Positions 53,707 through 64,000 of a DNA stretch of 64,000 nt are shown here, one piece after another (positions within the stretch are counted from its first letter, which is position 1; every line of letters starts with the position of its first letter). A model generated the notes under the pieces. That model was given only the letters and a program-made list of their open reading frames with translations. It made no database searches and was not told the origin of the DNA. Both the position numbers and the translations under genes were made by a program. Source of the DNA: an uncultured Corynebacterium sp. (GTDB taxonomy: Bacteria; Actinomycetota; Actinomycetes; Mycobacteriales; Mycobacteriaceae); NCBI GenBank assembly GCA_943908385.1, contig CALTTF010000002.1, forward strand, positions 4,526 to 68,525, in the 5' to 3' direction.

Positions 53707-54999
53707 TTAGAACTGGCCCTCCTCGGTGGAGCCCTTCAGGGCGGTGGTGGAGGAGTTCGGGTCGACGGTGGTGGCGACGCGGTCGAAGTAGCCTGCGCCG
53801 ACCTCGCGCTGGTGCTTCACAGCGGTGAAGCCGCGCTCGGAAGCAGCCTTGAACTCGCGGTTCTGCAGGTCGACGAACGCCGGCATGCCCTCGCGAGCGT
53901 AGCCGTGAGCCAGGTCGAACATGGAGTAGTTGAGGGCGTGGAAGCCAGCCAGGGTGATGAACTGGAACACGAAGCCCATCTTGCCCAGCTCCTTCTGGAA
54001 CTTGGCGATCTCTTCCTCGTCGAGGTGGGAAGCCCAGTTGAAGGACGGGGAGCAGTTGTATGCCAGGAGCTGGTCCGGGAACTCCTCGTGGACGCCGTCG
54101 GCGAACTTCTTGGCCAGCTCGAGGTCCGGAGTACCGGTCTCCATCCAGATCAGGTCGGCGTACGGAGCGTAGGACTTCGCACGGTCGATGCAGGGCTCGA
54201 CGCCATTCTTGACGTAGTAGTAGCCCTCAGCGGAGCGCTCACCGGTCAGGAACTTCGCGTCGCGCTCGTCGACGTCGGAGGTCAGCAGGGTTGCAGCCTC
54301 AGCGTCGGTGCGGCCGATGACGACGGTCGGGACGTTGAGGACGTCAGCTGCCAGACGAGCGGAAGACAGGGTGCGGATGTGCTGCTGGGTCGGGATGAGG
54401 ACCTTGCCGCCCAGGTGGCCGCACTTCTTCTCGGAAGCGAGCTGGTCCTCCCAGTGGGTACCAGCGGCACCAGCCTGGATCATTGCGCGCTGCAGCTCGT
54501 AGACGTTGAGAGCGCCGCCGAAGCCGGCCTCGCCGTCAGCGACGATCGGGACGAGCCAGTTGTCGACGGAGTCGTCGCCCTCGACGCGGGAGATCTGGTC
54601 TGCGCGGGTCAGGGCGTTGTTGATGCGGCGGACAACGTTCGGCACGGAGTTAGCCGGGTACAGGGACTGGTCCGGGTAGGTGTTGCCGGAGAGGTTAGCG
54701 TCACCGGCGACCTGCCAACCGGAGAGGTAAACAGCCTGCAGGCCGGCGCGGACCTGCTGCACAGCCTGGTTACCGGTCAGGGCACCCAGAGCGTGGATGT
54801 AAGAGCCGTCACCCTTGGTGATGCCGTCCCAGAGGATCTCAGCGCCGCGGCGTGCGAGGGTCTGCTCCTCGACAACGGTGCCCTGCAGCTCAGCGACCTG
54901 CTCTGCGGTGTAATCGCGGGTTACGCCCTTCCAACGGGGATTCTCGTCCCAGTCCTTCTGGATTTCCTGAGCAGTACGAGCCTGTCCAGTGGTGGTCAT
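53707..54999 (-). CDS. aceA: Isocitrate lyase
   Basis: [19 protein letters not shown], catalytic [14 protein letters not shown]. Confidence 0.99.
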   Translation of the reverse strand: MTTTGQARTAQEIQKDWDENPRWKGVTRDYTAEQVAELQGTVVEEQTLARRGAEILWDGITKGDGSYIHALGALTGNQAVQQVRAGLQAVYLSGWQVAGDANLSGNTYPDQSLYPANSVPNVVRRINNALTRADQISRVEGDDSVDNWLVPIVADGEAGFGGALNVYELQRAMIQAGAAGTHWEDQLASEKKCGHLGGKVLIPTQQHIRTLSSARLAADVLNVPTVVIGRTDAEAATLLTSDVDERDAKFLTGERSAEGYYYVKNGVEPCIDRAKSYAPYADLIWMETGTPDLELAKKFADGVHEEFPDQLLAYNCSPSFNWASHLDEEEIAKFQKELGKMGFVFQFITLAGFHALNYSMFDLAHGYAREGMPAFVDLQNREFKAASERGFTAVKHQREVGAGYFDRVATTVDPNSSTTALKGSTEEGQF

Positions 55000-55349
55000 A
55001 GTGCTTGTCCCCTTTCATTGGGTGTGTGATGGAAGACTCTCACAACTTTAAGTGAAGTGAGCCACGCTCTTGGCGTTCATGCTTAGTATTCCCAAGCGTC
55101 ACCTGAATCGTCAACAGAACCCCTTTTTGCCGTCTATGGAGGGGGTGAGTTGACTGCATGGAATGAGCCTATTTGGAGCACAACATCCCCCCGAATGGAC
55201 AGTGCTGTTGCGAATAAAATGCCCTTAATCCTGGGAAAAGTGAAGCTCTCGCTAGAAACCGTGCGTGCGGAAGAGCGGACATGAGGGGACTCACAGAATC
55301 ACAATTTCGGGGGTAGTTATACGGCGATCTAAAGAGAAAGTTAACCGCC

Positions 55350-55365
55350 GGTGACAATAATCACT
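55350..55365. promoter_or_regulatory. Candidate GlxR/CRP site in the aceA-aceB gap
   Basis: GGTGA-CAATAA-TCACT, 8/10 match to TGTGA-N6-TCACA. Confidence 0.5.
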
Positions 55366-55478
55366 TAGTCTTGCGGACAACGCTCACCTAACACCGCAGT
55401 GCCAATGTGGTGTCGTGCGCACAAGGGCGCCTTTAGACTGGTGCCATACATTTCAACTGGCTGAAAGGATCTCATTCG

Positions 55479-57683
55479 ATGACTACGCCGCAATTCGAGG
55501 ACCGCACCGAGCGCGTGGAGGCCGCCGGCCTGCAGGTGGCACGCCCGTTGTACGACTTTGTGACGGAGCAGCTGCTGCCGGAGATCAATATCGACGCCGA
55601 GAAGTTCTGGGCCGACGCCGCTACATACTTCGCTGATCTGACCCCGAAGAACAAGGCACTGCTCGCACGCCGCGATGAGCTGCAGGAGCAGCTGGACCAG
55701 TACTACCGCGAGAACCCGGGCCAGCCGGATCCGGCTTCGCACGAGGAGTACCTGCGTTCCATCGGCTACCTGGTGGACCAGCCGACCGATGGTGCGATCC
55801 GCACCGAGAATGTCGACCCGGAATTCGCCGATGTCGCCGGCCCGCAGCTGGTGGTGCCCATCACCAATGCCCGCTTCGCCATCAACGCGGCGAATGCGCG
55901 CTACGGCTCGCTGTATGACGCACTGTATGGCACCGATGTCATCCCGACCGACGGCGGCGCAGAGCCGGGCGAAGGCTACAACCCGGTCCGTGGCGACCGC
56001 GTGATCGCGTGGGCACGCACCTTCCTGGACGAGGCTGTCCCGCTCGAGGGCGCATCGCACGCCGATGTCGATTCTTACGAGGTCGCCGAGGACGGCGCCC
56101 TGAAGATCACCGCCGGTGGCAACAAGGTCGCGCTGCAGAACCCGGAGGCCTACCTCGGCTACCAGGGCGAGAAGAACGCGCCAACCGGCATCGTGCTGCG
56201 CAACAACAACCTGCACCTGATCATCCAGATCGACCGCGAGCACCCGGTGGGCAAGACCGACCGCGCAGGCGTGGCCGATGTCCTGCTCGAGTCCGCCGTG
56301 TCCGCGATCATGGACTTCGAGGACTCCGCAGCGGCTGTCGACGGCACGGACAAGGCCGCCGCGTACGCCACCTGGTTCGGCCTAAACAAGGGCGATATCT
56401 CTGAGACGGTGAAGAAGGGCGACAAATCCTTCGAGCGCACCCAGGCCGACGACCTCGTCTTCACCACCAAGGACGGATCCGAGGAGACCCTGCACGGCCG
56501 CGCGATGATGCTGTGCCGCAATGTCGGCCACCTGATGACCAACCCGGCGATCCTGCTCGACGGCGAGGAGGTGCCGGAGGGCCTGCTCGACGGCCTGATC
56601 ACCGTCGCCGCCGCGGTCCCGGGTCTGCGCGAGGACAACCCGCACCGCAATTCCCGCGCCGGCTCCATGTACATCGTGAAGCCGAAGCAGCACGGCCCGG
56701 AAGAGGTCGCGTTCACCAACGAGATCTTCGACCGTGTCGAGGAGATCCTCGGCCTGCCGAAGAACACGGTCAAGGTCGGCGTCATGGATGAGGAGCGCCG
56801 CACCTCGGTCAACCTGGACGCCTGCATCATGGAGGCCGCCGAGCGCCTCGTGTTCATCAACACCGGCTTCCTGGACCGCACCGGCGACGAGATCCACACC
56901 TCGATGCACGCGGGTCCGATGGTCCGCAAGGCAGACATGCAGACCGCGCCGTGGAAGCAGGCATACGAGAACCACAACGTCGACGCTGGTCTCGCGCACG
57001 ACCTGCCGGGCCGCGCCCAGATCGGCAAGGGCATGTGGGCAGAGACCGAGCACATGGCCAAGATGATGGAGAAGAAGATCGGCCAGCCGCGCGAGGGTGC
57101 GAATACGGCGTGGGTTCCGTCCCCGACCGGCGCGACCCTGCACGCGGTCCACTACCACCAGGTGGACGTCCACGAGGTCCAGGACGAGCTGCGAGCCGCG
57201 GGCCGCCGCGATTCCCTGAAGGACCTGCTCACCGTCCCGGTCAACACCGCGGGCGACAACTGGTCCGACGAGGAGAAGGCAGAGGAGCTCGACAACAACT
57301 GCCAGTCGATCCTGGGCTACGTGGTCCGCTGGGTCGAGCAGGGCGTCGGCTGCTCCAAGGTGCCGGACATCCACGATGTCGACCTGATGGAGGACCGCGC
57401 CACGCTGCGCATCTCCTCCCAGATCCTGGCGAACTGGATCCTGCACGGTGTCGTCACCGAGCAGCAGGTGCTCGACTCGCTGGAGCGCATGGCGGTCAAG
57501 GTCGACGAGCAGAACGCTGGCGACCCGAACTACCGCCCGATGGCCGCCGACTACGACGCATCCATCGGCTTCCAGGCGGCGAAGGACCTCGTGCTCAAGG
57601 GCACCGAGTCCCCGGCCGGCTACACTGAGCCGATCCTGCACGCGAAGCGCCGCGAGTTCAAGGCAGCTAACGGCATCGCCTAA
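55479..57683 (+). CDS. aceB: Malate synthase G
   Basis: [58 protein letters not shown]. Confidence 0.98.
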   Translation: MTTPQFEDRTERVEAAGLQVARPLYDFVTEQLLPEINIDAEKFWADAATYFADLTPKNKALLARRDELQEQLDQYYRENPGQPDPASHEEYLRSIGYLVDQPTDGAIRTENVDPEFADVAGPQLVVPITNARFAINAANARYGSLYDALYGTDVIPTDGGAEPGEGYNPVRGDRVIAWARTFLDEAVPLEGASHADVDSYEVAEDGALKITAGGNKVALQNPEAYLGYQGEKNAPTGIVLRNNNLHLIIQIDREHPVGKTDRAGVADVLLESAVSAIMDFEDSAAAVDGTDKAAAYATWFGLNKGDISETVKKGDKSFERTQADDLVFTTKDGSEETLHGRAMMLCRNVGHLMTNPAILLDGEEVPEGLLDGLITVAAAVPGLREDNPHRNSRAGSMYIVKPKQHGPEEVAFTNEIFDRVEEILGLPKNTVKVGVMDEERRTSVNLDACIMEAAERLVFINTGFLDRTGDEIHTSMHAGPMVRKADMQTAPWKQAYENHNVDAGLAHDLPGRAQIGKGMWAETEHMAKMMEKKIGQPREGANTAWVPSPTGATLHAVHYHQVDVHEVQDELRAAGRRDSLKDLLTVPVNTAGDNWSDEEKAEELDNNCQSILGYVVRWVEQGVGCSKVPDIHDVDLMEDRATLRISSQILANWILHGVVTEQQVLDSLERMAVKVDEQNAGDPNYRPMAADYDASIGFQAAKDLVLKGTESPAGYTEPILHAKRREFKAANGIA

Positions 57684-57704
57684 CAGCACCGACCGCTGAA
57701 ACGA

Positions 57705-57741
57705 GAAGCGCATCATGACCCACGGGGGCGTGGTGCGCTTC
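57705..57741 (+). terminator. Hairpin after aceB, probable terminator
   Basis: GAAGCGCATCATG / CGTGGTGCGCTTC stem (with G:U pairs); weak U-tail. Confidence 0.6.
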
Positions 57742-57803
57742 ACGTATTTCCGCCCGCGCGCGTATTCTCGCAAGGGATCGACGCGAAGGAGAGAGCCGGG
57801 AAT

Positions 57804-59297
57804 ATGGTGTACGCAATCGGTTTCGACCGCGAGAAATACATCGACATGCAGTCGGAGCACATCTCGGAGCGTCGAAAAGCAATTGGCGGAAAGCTGTACC
57901 TCGAGATGGGCGGAAAGCTTTTCGACGACCACCATGCCTCCCGCGTGCTGCCCGGCTTCACGCCCGACAATAAGATCGCGATGCTCGAGCGCATCAAGGA
58001 CGAAATCGAGATCGTCGTGTGCGTCGCGGCGGGCGACCTCGTGCGGCAAAAGGTCCGCGCGGACCTGGGCATCACGTACGAAGACGAGGTCTTGAGGCTT
58101 ATCGACGTCTTCCGTGAACGCGGATTCCTCGTCGACAATGTCGTGATCACGCAGTACGAGAACGGCACTGAGCAGGCCGACGCGTTCCGCGACAAGCTGG
58201 AGCGCCTCGGCGTGACCGTGAGCCTGCACCACATCATTCCGGGCTACCCGAACGATATTTCGCGCATCGTCTCCGCCGACGGCTTCGGCCGCAACGACTA
58301 TGTGACCACCTCCCGCGATGTCGTGGTGATGACCGCGCCGGGCCCGGGCTCCGGCAAGCTCGCGACCTGTCTCAGCCAGGTCTACCTGGAGAATCAGCGC
58401 GGAATTTCCGCGGGCTACGCCAAATTCGAGACGTTCCCGATCTGGAATCTGCCGTTGTCCCACCCGGTGAACCTGGCGTACGAGGCGGCGACGGTGGACT
58501 TGGACGACATCAACGTCATCGACCAGTACCACCTGACGGCCTATGGCGAGCAGGTCTCGTCCTACAACCGCGATATCGAGGTCTTCCCGCTGCTCAAGAC
58601 GCTGCTGCGCGAAGCTACGGGAACCGAGCCGTACCAGTCCCCCACCGACATGGGTGTGAATATGGCGGGCCACTGCATTTCCGACGACGAAGCCTGCCGG
58701 TACGCCGCGAACCAGGAGATCATCCGCCGTTTCCTCGCCGCGCAGGTGGATGCCCGCCGCGGCGATGTCGATCCGGTCGTCCCCGACCGAGCGGCGAATG
58801 TGATGCGCAAGGCGGGGATCTCGGTCGAGGACCGTCCCGTTGTCGCTCCCGCGCTCGCCGTGGCGGAGCGCACCGGAAACCCGGGCGCGGCGCTCGAGCT
58901 GCCCGACGGCGAGATCGTCACAGGCAAGACCTCGGACCTGCTGGGGCCGTCGGCGGCGGTGCTGCTCAACGCCCTGAAGAAGCTGGCGGGAATCGACGAC
59001 GAGGTGCATATGCTCTCCCCCGATTCGATCGAGCCGATCCAGACCTTGAAGACCCGTTACCTTGGCTCGCGCAACCCGCGCCTGCACACCGACGAGGTGC
59101 TCATTGCGCTGTCGGCATCGGCCAATTCCGACAAGAATGCGCGCCTCGCTTTGGAGCAGCTGCAGTCGCTGCGCGGCTGCGACGCGCACATCACCACGAT
59201 TCTGGGCTCGGTCGACGAGGGCATTTTCCGCAACCTCGGCGTGCTAGCGACGACGGAGCCCCAGTACTGGCGCAAGGCGCTCTACCACCGGCGGTAA
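57804..59297 (+). CDS. DUF1846 (UPF0371) protein
   Basis: [50 protein letters not shown]. Confidence 0.92.
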   Translation: MVYAIGFDREKYIDMQSEHISERRKAIGGKLYLEMGGKLFDDHHASRVLPGFTPDNKIAMLERIKDEIEIVVCVAAGDLVRQKVRADLGITYEDEVLRLIDVFRERGFLVDNVVITQYENGTEQADAFRDKLERLGVTVSLHHIIPGYPNDISRIVSADGFGRNDYVTTSRDVVVMTAPGPGSGKLATCLSQVYLENQRGISAGYAKFETFPIWNLPLSHPVNLAYEAATVDLDDINVIDQYHLTAYGEQVSSYNRDIEVFPLLKTLLREATGTEPYQSPTDMGVNMAGHCISDDEACRYAANQEIIRRFLAAQVDARRGDVDPVVPDRAANVMRKAGISVEDRPVVAPALAVAERTGNPGAALELPDGEIVTGKTSDLLGPSAAVLLNALKKLAGIDDEVHMLSPDSIEPIQTLKTRYLGSRNPRLHTDEVLIALSASANSDKNARLALEQLQSLRGCDAHITTILGSVDEGIFRNLGVLATTEPQYWRKALYHRR

Positions 59298-59307
59298 ACT
59301 TGGGTGC

Positions 59308-60183
59308 ATGCCCAGTAAAATCCTGCTCTACTACCAGTTCCGCCCGATCCCAGATCCGGAGGCGATCCGACTGTGGCAGCGCGACCTGTGCGAAGGGCTG
59401 GGGCTGAACGGCCGCATCATCATCTCCCCCGACGGCATCAACGGCACCGTCGGCGGGGACATGGACGCCTGCAAGGCGTACGTCCGCAAGACGAAGGAAT
59501 ACTTCCGCGGTATCGAATTCAAGTGGTCTGAAGGTGGAGCGGAGGACTTCCCGAAGCTCAGTGTGAAGGTGCGCGACGAGATCGTCTCCTTCGGCACACC
59601 GGAAGAGCTGCGTGTCGACGACCGCGGCGTCGTCGGCGGCGGCACCCACCTCTCGCCGGAACAGGTCAACGAGTTGGCGGCCTCCCGCGACGATGTTGTC
59701 TTCTTCGACGGGCGCAACGCGTACGAAGCGGAGATCGGCAAATTCAAGAACGCCGTCGTGCCGGACGTGAACACCACCCACGACTTCATCGCGGAGCTCG
59801 AATCCGGCAAATACGACTGGATGAAGGACAAGCCGGTCATCTCCTACTGCACCGGCGGCATCCGCTGCGAGATCCTCTCCTCGCTGATGGTCAACCGCGG
59901 TTTCGAGGAGGTCTACCAGATCGACGGCGGCATCGTCCGCTACGGCGAGAAATTCGGCAATCAGGGGCTGTGGGAGGGCTCGCTGTACGTCTTCGACAAG
60001 CGCATGCACACCGAATTCGGCCCGGAGAACGACGAGGATTTCGTCCAGGTCGGCCATTGCGTGCACTGCGGCGAGCCGTCGAACCAGCACTACAACTGCA
60101 CCAACGAGCCGCACTGCCGCCAGCAGTACGTCAGCTGTGAGGCGTGCCGGGAGAAGAACCCGTACTGCCCGGCGTGCAGCTAA
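59308..60183 (+). CDS. trhO: Rhodanese-domain tRNA uridine hydroxylase (TrhO/UPF0176)
   Basis: [38 protein letters not shown]. Confidence 0.9.
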   Translation: MPSKILLYYQFRPIPDPEAIRLWQRDLCEGLGLNGRIIISPDGINGTVGGDMDACKAYVRKTKEYFRGIEFKWSEGGAEDFPKLSVKVRDEIVSFGTPEELRVDDRGVVGGGTHLSPEQVNELAASRDDVVFFDGRNAYEAEIGKFKNAVVPDVNTTHDFIAELESGKYDWMKDKPVISYCTGGIRCEILSSLMVNRGFEEVYQIDGGIVRYGEKFGNQGLWEGSLYVFDKRMHTEFGPENDEDFVQVGHCVHCGEPSNQHYNCTNEPHCRQQYVSCEACREKNPYCPACS

Positions 60184-60189
60184 GAATCT

Positions 60190-60720
60190 TTAGTAGACGC
60201 TGTCGCGGGCGAGAATGCCCACAGTGAGGATCAGCCACGCCATGGTGAACGGCACGAGCGGGATCCAGAACACGCCCATCCAGGGCACCCAGCGTTCGTA
60301 GCGGTTCAGCTTGCGCACCATGATCACCGCGCACGCCAACAGCGCCGCGACCGGCGGAATCGAGGCGAGCAGCGCCCAAGCGGTGCGCCAGCCGGAGCTG
60401 CACAGCCACTCCGCCTCCCCTGCCTCGCACAGCGGGCCGCCGGCAAGGCGCGCGACGAGCGCGAGGATGCCGCCGAACAGCAGTGTGCCGAGAACAGCGG
60501 CGACGGCGAACATGACCGCCTGGCGGGTGGAGGCGCGGTTGCGCGCGTCCACTTCCGCAGGATCGGGCTGGTCGGCGAGGTCGTCGAAATCGCGCGGCTC
60601 CGGGCGCACCTTGTTGTAGTAGTCCGCGGCACCGTGCAGGTCGTTCTCCGGGTGCTCGGGCACGTCCCGGCGCAGCCCGGCATGAGGGTTGGAGTTCGGA
60701 TTCGGCGTGCTAGAGGACAT
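60190..60720 (-). CDS. Conserved hypothetical membrane protein
   Basis: Three hydrophobic segments and a GGPLC...WLC loop; coherent codon usage. Confidence 0.75.
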   Translation of the reverse strand: MSSSTPNPNSNPHAGLRRDVPEHPENDLHGAADYYNKVRPEPRDFDDLADQPDPAEVDARNRASTRQAVMFAVAAVLGTLLFGGILALVARLAGGPLCEAGEAEWLCSSGWRTAWALLASIPPVAALLACAVIMVRKLNRYERWVPWMGVFWIPLVPFTMAWLILTVGILARDSVY

Positions 60721-60756
60721 GGCCGCCAGTGTAGTCCGGGCTGAAATACGGGAAAA

Positions 60757-61719
60757 TTACGGGAAAATGACCACGGGCACCGGTGCGTGGGTGAGGAAAT
60801 CCTCGGTGCGCGGGTTGGTGAGCACGCGCGCCCGCTCCGTGGGCTGGGAATCGAGGAAGAGGATGTCGCCTTTCTTCCACTTCTGGGAATTCACCACGGA
60901 CTTCCACCCCTCGCCGGCGCTGACACAGGTCTCCACCTCGAAGTTCTTCGGCTCCGGGATGCCGAGCTGTGCGGCGGTGTCACTGACACAGTCGCGGGCG
61001 CGGTCGAGCAGGGCGAGGGAGGATTCATTCCATTCGTCGATAAGCTGCGAACGTTCGTTGAATTCCGCTTCGTGCTTGTACGTTTCCTTGGGCGAGAATG
61101 CCATGATGCGCAGGTCGACGTCGAGCAGCATGGCGACGGACGCCGCGACCTTGATGCCGCGGACGGCGGCGTCGGTGCGTTCCTCCAGAAATGCGTAGTT
61201 GACGCGTGTGATGCCCTTTTTGGACAGTTTCACCGCGCGAGGGGAAATGCCGACCGAGATCGGCGAAGAATGCAGCATTGCGTCGGCGGTGGAGGTGGCC
61301 AGAAAGCGGCCCTTTTTCGCTTTTGATTTCGAGCCGAGCAAGATGAGGTCGGCCTTGAAGCGCTGCGCTTCCGCAGAGATGAGCTCGTGGCGCGGCGCCC
61401 CGTCGCGGAAGACCGCCCACTCATCGTCCCAGGCGTTGCGCGGGACCTGGTGCTTGAGCGCGTGCCGGATCGCGCCGACGCGTTTGTCCTCAGTCTGCTT
61501 GAACCACTTCTTGTATTTCTTGCTGTTCTTTCCGCGCAGCGACGACCACGGGCGCGGAGCGGTGCTGATGACGCGGATGCTGCAGCTTGAGGTGCGTGCG
61601 AGCCAAGCAGCGAATTCGACCGCTTCTTCCCCCGATTGGTCCCAGCCGACGAGAATGCGCAAAGGACGCTCCTCGCCGACATGCGGGAGGAGCTCAGGGG
61701 TGAGGGGGTATGTGTCCAT
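60757..61719 (-). CDS. Universal stress protein (tandem USP domains)
   Basis: RILVGWD, ADLILLGS...STADAMLHSSP, terminal HAPVPVVIFP. Confidence 0.85.
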   Translation of the reverse strand: MDTYPLTPELLPHVGEERPLRILVGWDQSGEEAVEFAAWLARTSSCSIRVISTAPRPWSSLRGKNSKKYKKWFKQTEDKRVGAIRHALKHQVPRNAWDDEWAVFRDGAPRHELISAEAQRFKADLILLGSKSKAKKGRFLATSTADAMLHSSPISVGISPRAVKLSKKGITRVNYAFLEERTDAAVRGIKVAASVAMLLDVDLRIMAFSPKETYKHEAEFNERSQLIDEWNESSLALLDRARDCVSDTAAQLGIPEPKNFEVETCVSAGEGWKSVVNSQKWKKGDILFLDSQPTERARVLTNPRTEDFLTHAPVPVVIFP

Positions 61720-61812
61720 GTAGCGCGGGCGTTAATGAAAAACCAACAACGCTTTAATTTTATATGGCTCCGCGCTGTGCGGACAATTCACCCCTAGTGG
61801 AGTCAGGGTGCG

Positions 61813-62274
61813 CTATTCCGGGCGGTTACCCGTGTTGTAGCTGCGGGCGAGCTCGGCGAGCGCCGGAGTGGCGGCCTTGAACTGCTGCAGCGACTCCGGG
61901 TCGAGGGTGGAGATCATCTCGGCGACGTACTTCGTGCGCTCGTCGGCCACGCGGTTGTGCTCCTGAATGCCTTTGTCCGTGATTTCGACCTTGACGCCGC
62001 GGCGATCCGTTTCGTCGCGGACGCGGCGCACCAGGTCGCGCAGCTCGAGCTGGTGCAGCGTATTCGACGCAGTTGGCATGCGGATGCCCTCTTCCTGGGC
62101 GAGCTGGCTAATGCGCATCGGGCCCTCGTCGATCAGGCGCTCCATGATGGAGAGCTGCGGGCCAGTAATGTCCGACGCCTCGGCAATGCGGAAGTAGGCG
62201 ACGTAAAGCTTCGTGAGAAAGGGACGGATTTCTTTAGCGACTGTGTACGCGTCCTCGGCGGAGTTCTGTGACAT
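61813..62274 (-). CDS. MarR family transcriptional regulator
   Basis: RISQLAQEEGIRMPTASN, LVRRVRDETDRRGVKVEIT. Confidence 0.92.
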   Translation of the reverse strand: MSQNSAEDAYTVAKEIRPFLTKLYVAYFRIAEASDITGPQLSIMERLIDEGPMRISQLAQEEGIRMPTASNTLHQLELRDLVRRVRDETDRRGVKVEITDKGIQEHNRVADERTKYVAEMISTLDPESLQQFKAATPALAELARSYNTGNRPE

Positions 62275-62384
62275 GCCACCTAGTGTAGGTGCTCAACACT
62301 GAAATTAAGAAGCTAACCCGCATTTTCTTCCCCCGAACCATCGGAAGAGACCATCAACGGGGCGCAGAGAGTACGCTGGTCGCG

Positions 62385-62759
62385 ATGTTCAAACTGGTTC
62401 ATACCGTGTCCCACGAATGGGAAAGGCGCACCACTCTGCGTGAATTTCGGGCAGGAAAGAAGAGCCGCGATGAACTCTGCGACGCTGACTTTCTCCTCCG
62501 CGCCGCAGGCGAACACCACGGCGTCGACTCCGACCGCCCCTGCCCCATCTGCGAATCTGCAATGCGGACCGTCTTATGGGTTTACGGGGACAATCTGGGC
62601 CGCCGTTCCGGGTCCGCGCGCAGCGGAGAAGAGATCGCGGAGATTATCGACGAAACCGGCCCGTTCACCGTCCACACCGTCGAGGTATGCGGCAGCTGCC
62701 GCTGGAACTATCTTTTGAGCACCGCTGAAGCTGTTCCGGTTCCGTCATTCGGCGCTTAA
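62385..62759 (+). CDS. DUF5318 family protein
   Basis: CDADFLL, CPIC, WVYG, GSAR, VEVCGSCRWN; conserved upstream of ponA in actinobacteria. Confidence 0.85.
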   Translation: MFKLVHTVSHEWERRTTLREFRAGKKSRDELCDADFLLRAAGEHHGVDSDRPCPICESAMRTVLWVYGDNLGRRSGSARSGEEIAEIIDETGPFTVHTVEVCGSCRWNYLLSTAEAVPVPSFGA

Positions 62760-62805
62760 GGAAGTACTCTGTCCTAGAGGAATCGAGTAGGCAGGAACAC
62801 TTCAA

Positions 62806-64000
62806 TTGGCACGAGACCGAGATAAAGAGTCCGGCAGCGGCTCCGGCAAGAAGCCGGATACGTCGCGCCGCGAGACCGCGAAAAAGACCGACGCCACCCG
62901 CAGCGACGGTGGCAAGCACAGCCAGGGCGCCCGAAAGGCTAGCGCCAAGACTGGATCGAAAGCTGCCTCCGGTTCGACTGTGAAGGCGTCCGCGAAGTCG
63001 GAGGCGAAGTCGGGCAAGCGCGCGGCGAAGAACGCCGGCAAGAAAAAGAAGAGTCGCAAGGGTCAATGGCTCGCAGCGTTCGTGCTGGCGCTCGTGCTGA
63101 TCTTGGCAGTTCCGCTGGCCATCTTCGGAGTGAAGTACAGCCAGGCAGACCTGCCGCAGCCGGGCGAGATTGAAACGGCGCAGGTGTCCACCATCTTCGC
63201 CAACGACGGAAAAACCCAACTCGCCCGCATCGTCCCGGCCGAAGGTAACCGCGAGCAGATCCCGCTCGACGAGGTGCCCAAGCAGGTCCAGGACGCTGTG
63301 CTCGCTGCCGAGGACCGCGAATTCTGGGAGAACTCCGGCTTCTCCTTCACCGGCTTCGGCCGCGCCCTTCTCGGCCAGCTGACCGGCGATGCATCCGCCG
63401 GCGGCGGCTCCACGATCACGCAGCAGTACGTGAAGAACACCATCGTGGGCAACGAGCGCTCCTACCAGCGCAAGTTCAACGAGCTGGTCTACTCGATCAA
63501 GATGACCCGCCACTGGTCGAAGGAAGAGATCCTCACCGGCTACCTCAACACCATCTACTTCGGGCGCAACGCCTACGGCATCCAGGCGGCGGCGAACGCC
63601 TACTTCGACAAGCCCGCTTCCGAGCTGACCTACGAGGAAGGCGCGGTGCTCGCCGGTCTGATCCAGATGCCCAGCCAGCTCGACCCGTGGAATAACGAGC
63701 AGGAGTCGATGAACCGCTGGAACTACGTTCTCGACGGCATGGTGGGCATGGGCTCGATCACCCCGGAGGAACGCGCCAGCGCGAAGTTCCCCGAGACACG
63801 CGACCCGCAGACCTACTCCGCTTACACCGAGGCGACCGGTCCGAACGGCCTGATCAAGAACCAGGTCATGGCCGAGCTCGAGCAGGTGGGCATCACCGAG
63901 GCCGACGTGACCAACCGCGGCCTGCAGATCACCACCACCATCGACCAGCGCACCCAGGACCAGGTGCTGAAGACCTCCGAGGAGCAGCTCAGCCTGCTGC
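62806..64000 (+). CDS. ponA: Class A penicillin-binding protein (transglycosylase/transpeptidase), 5' part, runs off the window
   Basis: Read by hand from TTG 62806 (absent from the ORF track because there is no stop): Lys/Ala/Ser-rich tail, TM, then AAEDREF, GGSTITQQYVKN, RKFNE, YLNTIYFG transglycosylase motifs. Confidence 0.93.
   Translation, partial: MARDRDKESGSGSGKKPDTSRRETAKKTDATRSDGGKHSQGARKASAKTGSKAASGSTVKASAKSEAKSGKRAAKNAGKKKKSRKGQWLAAFVLALVLILAVPLAIFGVKYSQADLPQPGEIETAQVSTIFANDGKTQLARIVPAEGNREQIPLDEVPKQVQDAVLAAEDREFWENSGFSFTGFGRALLGQLTGDASAGGGSTITQQYVKNTIVGNERSYQRKFNELVYSIKMTRHWSKEEILTGYLNTIYFGRNAYGIQAAANAYFDKPASELTYEEGAVLAGLIQMPSQLDPWNNEQESMNRWNYVLDGMVGMGSITPEERASAKFPETRDPQTYSAYTEATGPNGLIKNQVMAELEQVGITEADVTNRGLQITTTIDQRTQDQVLKTSEEQLSLL

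Noticed and set aside
56382..59189. 935-aa minus-strand ORF, and similar long antisense ORFs (34668-37391, 38803-41130, 17755-19782, 32927-34606, 46919-48745)
   Set aside because: They lie antisense to clearly recognisable genes and have no motifs; shadow ORFs are expected from high-GC codon bias.

Overview
High-GC actinobacterial chromosome segment, most consistent with Corynebacterium, judged from gene content and order. It starts at the replication origin (dnaA on the minus strand with DnaA-box clusters on both sides). It then runs through the conserved origin-proximal block rpmH-rnpA-yidD-yidC-rsmG-parA-parB, cwlM, trxA-trxB, sigM, murJ(mviN), a NUDIX hydrolase, the CCA-adding enzyme and azlCD. 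Next come an accessory patch (four tandem paralogous secreted/membrane proteins, a DUF222-type HNH gene, a lipoprotein), the trpP-trpEGD(CF)BA operon, leuS, a ChrSA-HrtBA-like heme module, divergent aceA/aceB and the start of a class A PBP. Four parS sites are visible. No rRNA, tRNA, CRISPR array or transposase was recognised. The most striking unexplained signal is a non-palindromic 11-mer, GCTTATCGACG. I found at least 22 exact copies by eye, on both strands, in three different coding frames and in intergenic DNA. The second is the array of secreted paralogs with constant ends, variable cores, a mosaic 3' end and a duplicated promoter/operator. All product calls come from recognising motifs and synteny; no database search was run.
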